A stretch of DNA of 64,000 bases. It comes from an uncultured Actinomycetes bacterium. Its GTDB lineage: Bacteria; Actinomycetota; UBA4738; HRBIN12. The notes under the pieces are model-generated. The model was given only the letters and a program-made list of their open reading frames with translations, made no database searches and was not told where the DNA came from. Shown piece by piece: positions 60,919 to 64,000 of the stretch; position 1 is the stretch's first letter; every line of letters begins with the position of its first letter. The stretch covers positions 256,001 to 320,000 of the forward strand of contig CAVPIB010000001.1 of assembly GCA_963704885.1 (NCBI GenBank), read 5' to 3'. The translations under genes and the position numbers were made by a program.

Positions 60919-60945
60919 CGGGCCCGCCGCGACGCGGCGGGCCCG
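60919..60945 (+). terminator. Perfect 12-bp hairpin after peptide 2
   Basis: CGGGCCCGCCGC-GAC-GCGGCGGGCCCG. Confidence 0.75.
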
Positions 60946-60974
60946 TTGCTTAGGTCTCACTTAGAATCCGGGGC

Positions 60975-61063
60975 GGAGACGTGCCTGAGTGGCCGAAAGG
61001 AGCCGCCTGCTAAGCGGTTAAGGGGGTAACACTCCTTCCCGGGTTCGAATCCCGGCGTCTCCG
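60975..61063 (+). tRNA. tRNA-Ser(GCT)
   Basis: Acceptor GGAGACG/CGTCTCC, anticodon loop CTGCTAA, long variable arm, GTTCGAATC; TAGAAT -10 at 60962. Confidence 0.96.
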
Positions 61064-61117
61064 CCGGTTGGCGACTCAGGTTGAAGTTCTAGGATCGGGT
61101 GTGCCGATAGGTCCAGG

Positions 61118-61720
61118 GTGCGCCGCCGTCTGACCGTCGGGTTGATCCTGGGCCTCCTCGTGTCCTCGCTCGGGGGCAGGGCTCAAGGCGTCCCACCGGC
61201 GGAGGTCCACGTCGATGCGCTCGACGATCACTTCCTGCCGTCCCTGGTTTCGGTCAAGCGAGGTGGGACCGTGGTGTGGGACTTCACTGGGCTTCGCACT
61301 CACTCCGCCACCGACGAGAGCGGCCTCGATCTGTACGACTCGGGTCTGGTGGCCCCAGGTGGTTCGAGCTTCTCGTTCACGTTCGAGTCGGCCGGAACGT
61401 ACCGGTTCGTGTGCACGTTGCATGAGGGGATGGACGGGCGGATCTCGGTGCCGATGCGCGCGTCACCTAAGGAAGGCTCGATCGACGAAACGTTCACCGT
61501 TCGTTGGTCGAAGACCGACGCGTCCCCCGGTTTCGTGTTCGACGTGCGCATCCGCGTGAAGAAGGGCGTTTGGCAGATCTGGCAGGACGGGGTGACGTTC
61601 GCGAACGCCGTGTTCCACCCTGGGGTGGTCGGAAAGGTGCGGTTCGCCGGGAGGCTGCGATCGTTGAGCTCGGGGGCGACATCCGAGTGGTCCGAGCCGA
61701 TCCCGATCCGCGTGCGATAG
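61118..61720 (+). CDS. Secreted cupredoxin/plastocyanin-domain protein with C-terminal beta domain
   Basis: Signal peptide; V.W....HSAT; GTY.F.CTLHEGM type-1 Cu ligands. Confidence 0.82.
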   Translation: MRRRLTVGLILGLLVSSLGGRAQGVPPAEVHVDALDDHFLPSLVSVKRGGTVVWDFTGLRTHSATDESGLDLYDSGLVAPGGSSFSFTFESAGTYRFVCTLHEGMDGRISVPMRASPKEGSIDETFTVRWSKTDASPGFVFDVRIRVKKGVWQIWQDGVTFANAVFHPGVVGKVRFAGRLRSLSSGATSEWSEPIPIRVR

Positions 61721-61753
61721 GCGGGTAGCACGCTTGGGTAGACTGGTCGTCCT

Positions 61754-61826
61754 GCGCCGGTAGCTCAATGGATAGAGCATCTGACTACGGATCAGAAGGT
61801 TGGGGGTTCGACTCCCTCCCGGCGCG
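61754..61826 (+). tRNA. tRNA-Arg(ACG)
   Basis: Acceptor GCGCCGG/CCGGCGC, anticodon arm TCTGA-CTACGGA-TCAGA, GTTCGAC; TAGACT -10 upstream. Confidence 0.97.
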
Positions 61827-61868
61827 CAAGGTCTGCTGAGCCGTCACCGCGGTCCGTATGCTCCGCCA

Positions 61869-63149
61869 GTGAACCAGGAGCGGACGTGGATGGGGCGTCT
61901 CGGCATCCTCCGCCCTCTGTCGATCCGGGACTTCCGGTTGTTGTGGACGGGGAGCGCCGTCTCCATGGTGGGCGATGGGATCTACACGCTCGCCATCGCC
62001 TGGCAGGTCTATCAGCTCTCGAACACGCCGACGGCGCTCGCGATGGTCGGACTCGCGTGGAGCCTGCCACAGGTCCTGTTGATGCTCGGCAGCGGCGCCC
62101 TCGCGGACCGAGTCGATCGGCGCCGGCTCATGATCATCGGGGACCTCATCCGCCTGGTCGCGATCTGCACCGTGGGCGCGCTCTCGTTATCCGGAATCCT
62201 GACGATCCCCTTGATGGTCGGGCTCGTCGCGGTCTACGGCGTGGGTCAGGCCATCTTCGGGCCCGCCTTCTCGGCGATAGTGCCGAGCCTCGTTCCGCCG
62301 GACCTTCTCGTTGAGGCGAACTCGCTCGGGCAGTTCGTGCGACCGGTCGCGATGACGCTCGTGGGCCCGGTCGTGGGCGGGATCCTGGTCGGAAGCGTGG
62401 GCCCAGGGTGGGCGTTCATCGTCGACGGCGTCACGTTCGCGTTCTCGGCGTTGATGATCCTCCTCATGCACTTACGGCGCGCCGAGCGTGAGTCTGGGAT
62501 CGAAGCCTCGCTATGGGTGGAAGCTAAGGAGGGCATCCGCTACGTCCGACAACGGACCTGGATCTGGGCCGGGATGCTCGGCGCGTTCATCAGCCTTCTC
62601 TGCGTCTGGGGACCATGGGAGACTCTCGTCCCGTTCGTCGTGAAGAACGATCTGAACGGATCGGCGATCGACCTCGGTTTGGTTTTCGGCGCGGGGGGCG
62701 TGGCGTCCGTCCTCGCGGCGGTCGTCATGGGGCAGGTTGGGCTTCCGAGGAGACCATTGACCCTTCTGTATCTGTCGTGGGCGCTGGGGATGCTCATGAC
62801 GGCCGGGTTCGGCGTGGTCGACACGATCCGGGAGGCCATGGCCGTGGCGTTCGTGGCTGAGGGCTCGATCACGGTGCTCGTCATCGTGTGGGTGACGTTG
62901 GTGCACCGTCTGGTCCCGACAGAACTCCTGGGGCGCGTCTTCAGCCTGGACTGGATGGTCTCGCTCGCGGGCGTCCCGCTCTCGTTCGCCGTCGTGGGCC
63001 CGTTGGCCGGTGCGATCGGAGCCCGCGCCACGTTGGTGGTCGCGGGTGTGCTCGGGGCGGGCGTCACGCTGACGTTCATGTTCATCCCGGGCGCCCGAAG
63101 CCCAGAGCGCGACGGCTCCCTCGACGATCCTTCCCGCGTCGCTGGGTAG
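61869..63149 (+). CDS. MFS transporter (DHA3/MFS_3-like)
   Basis: RDFRLLW...S..GD, GALADRVDRRRLMI motif A, LGRV; about 12 TM. Confidence 0.92.
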   Translation: MNQERTWMGRLGILRPLSIRDFRLLWTGSAVSMVGDGIYTLAIAWQVYQLSNTPTALAMVGLAWSLPQVLLMLGSGALADRVDRRRLMIIGDLIRLVAICTVGALSLSGILTIPLMVGLVAVYGVGQAIFGPAFSAIVPSLVPPDLLVEANSLGQFVRPVAMTLVGPVVGGILVGSVGPGWAFIVDGVTFAFSALMILLMHLRRAERESGIEASLWVEAKEGIRYVRQRTWIWAGMLGAFISLLCVWGPWETLVPFVVKNDLNGSAIDLGLVFGAGGVASVLAAVVMGQVGLPRRPLTLLYLSWALGMLMTAGFGVVDTIREAMAVAFVAEGSITVLVIVWVTLVHRLVPTELLGRVFSLDWMVSLAGVPLSFAVVGPLAGAIGARATLVVAGVLGAGVTLTFMFIPGARSPERDGSLDDPSRVAG

Positions 63150-63158
63150 ACTCGCCCG

Positions 63159-64000
63159 ATGGAGTACACGCATCTCGGGCGACTCGGGCTGGTGGTCAGC
63201 CGTTTGTGCCTGGGCACGATGAACTTCGGGCCGCACGCGTCGGAACCTGACAGCCACGCGATCATGGATGCCGCGATCGCGCACGGCCTCAACTTCTTCG
63301 ACACGGCGAACGTATACGGACGACACCTGGGTGTCGGCGCGACGGAGGAGATCATCGGGCGTTGGATCGCCAAGGGAGGCGGTCGTCGCGAGAAGGTCGT
63401 CCTGGCGACGAAGGTCTACGGGAAGACGGGCGACTGGCCGAACGAGGGCCGTCTGTCGGTGCTCGGGATCCGCAGGGCGTGCGAGGCGTCGTTGAAACGC
63501 CTGCGCACCGACCACATCGACCTGTACCAGATGCACCACATCGACCGCGAGGGATGGTGGGCCGAGATCTGGCAGGCGATGGAGCTGCTGGTGCAGCAGG
63601 GGAAGGTCCTCTATGTCGGATCGAGCAATTTCGCCGGCTGGCACATCGCCAGGGCGAACGAGATCGCGCATGCGCGGAACTTCCTGGGCCTCGCTTCGGA
63701 GCAGAGCATCTACAACCTGAACACGCGCACGATCGAGCTCGAGGTGATCCCGGCCGTGAAGGAGTACGGCATGGGACTGATCCCATACAGCCCGCTCGCG
63801 GGCGGACTGCTCGCGGGTGCACTCTCCAAGGTCACCGAAGGCCGGCGGTCTAGCGAGTACCTACAGGCCGAGATCGAGGAGAACCGTCCGAAGTTGGAAA
63901 GGTGGGAGTCGCTCTGCGCGGAGCTCGGGGAACATCCCGCCGACGTCGCGCTCGCGTGGCTCCTGGCTCAGCCGGCCGTGACGTCCCCGATCATCGGACC
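63159..64000 (+). CDS. Aldo/keto reductase (partial; runs off window edge)
   Basis: Manual translation: MEYTHLGRLGLVVSRLCLGTMNFG...FFDTANVYG...LATK...SLKRLRTDHIDLYQMH...GSSN...PYSPLAGG. Confidence 0.93.
   Translation, partial: MEYTHLGRLGLVVSRLCLGTMNFGPHASEPDSHAIMDAAIAHGLNFFDTANVYGRHLGVGATEEIIGRWIAKGGGRREKVVLATKVYGKTGDWPNEGRLSVLGIRRACEASLKRLRTDHIDLYQMHHIDREGWWAEIWQAMELLVQQGKVLYVGSSNFAGWHIARANEIAHARNFLGLASEQSIYNLNTRTIELEVIPAVKEYGMGLIPYSPLAGGLLAGALSKVTEGRRSSEYLQAEIEENRPKLERWESLCAELGEHPADVALAWLLAQPAVTSPIIG

Larger units (their letters stand above)
60381..60945 (+). repeat. Imperfect tandem duplication (~320-nt period) of a promoter-RBS-peptide-terminator unit
   Basis: Shared blocks TGTCrGCCA, GGCGATrGATC, CCCTAAAGGTCCGACAG, AAGGAGCAyGAGTGATGGAACGCCTCArGCGGA, CTTCTTGATGGCyGCGGGC and TGGATGGCGGAAC. 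Confidence 0.9.

Noticed and set aside
60381-60945. Repeats read as a CRISPR array, riboswitch pair or type I toxin-antitoxin loci
   Set aside because: Only two imperfect units and no cas genes; the conserved blocks map to promoter, RBS and coding sequence. A type I toxin cannot be fully excluded, but no antisense RNA signal is evident and the DUF5317-kinase context fits signalling better.
36174-61826. tRNA-Ser and tRNA-Arg genes lacking an encoded CCA
   Set aside because: Common in Actinomycetota; CCA is added post-transcriptionally.

Overview
High-GC Actinomycetota chromosomal segment; several single-base frameshifts in housekeeping genes suggest an uncorrected long-read or MAG assembly. 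In order: (1) the conserved fhaA-fhaB-pstP-rodA-pbpA cluster and tRNA-Leu(CAG); (2) a ~19 kb amine/one-carbon catabolic region with three DMG/sarcosine-dehydrogenase-like GcvT-family flavoproteins, stand-alone aminomethyltransferases, phytoene-dehydrogenase-like oxidoreductases, a twin-arginine flavin amine oxidase and an Lrp regulator; (3) a copper nitrite reductase with a tethered C-terminal cupredoxin; (4) larB-larC-DUF5317 and DUF4446-bactofilin-serS; (5) an 8-PAS protein with no output domain; (6) the coproporphyrin-dependent heme genes (hemE,H,Y,Q and hemA,C,D,B,L), ppk2, an ECF sigma with a disrupted beta-propeller partner, a UvrD-like helicase, CDGSH proteins and msrA; (7) three more tRNAs, an MFS transporter and an aldo-keto reductase. 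The most notable feature is at 58.2-60.95 kb. Two paralogous small peptide genes missed by the ORF track (28 and 33 aa, signal-peptide-like, ending GWRN-Y/G) each have a sigma28/WhiG-like promoter, an RBS and a terminator hairpin. They are transcribed divergently from a DUF5317 membrane protein and a multi-TM sensor histidine kinase. This is a candidate uncharacterised peptide-signalling (quorum-sensing-like) system.
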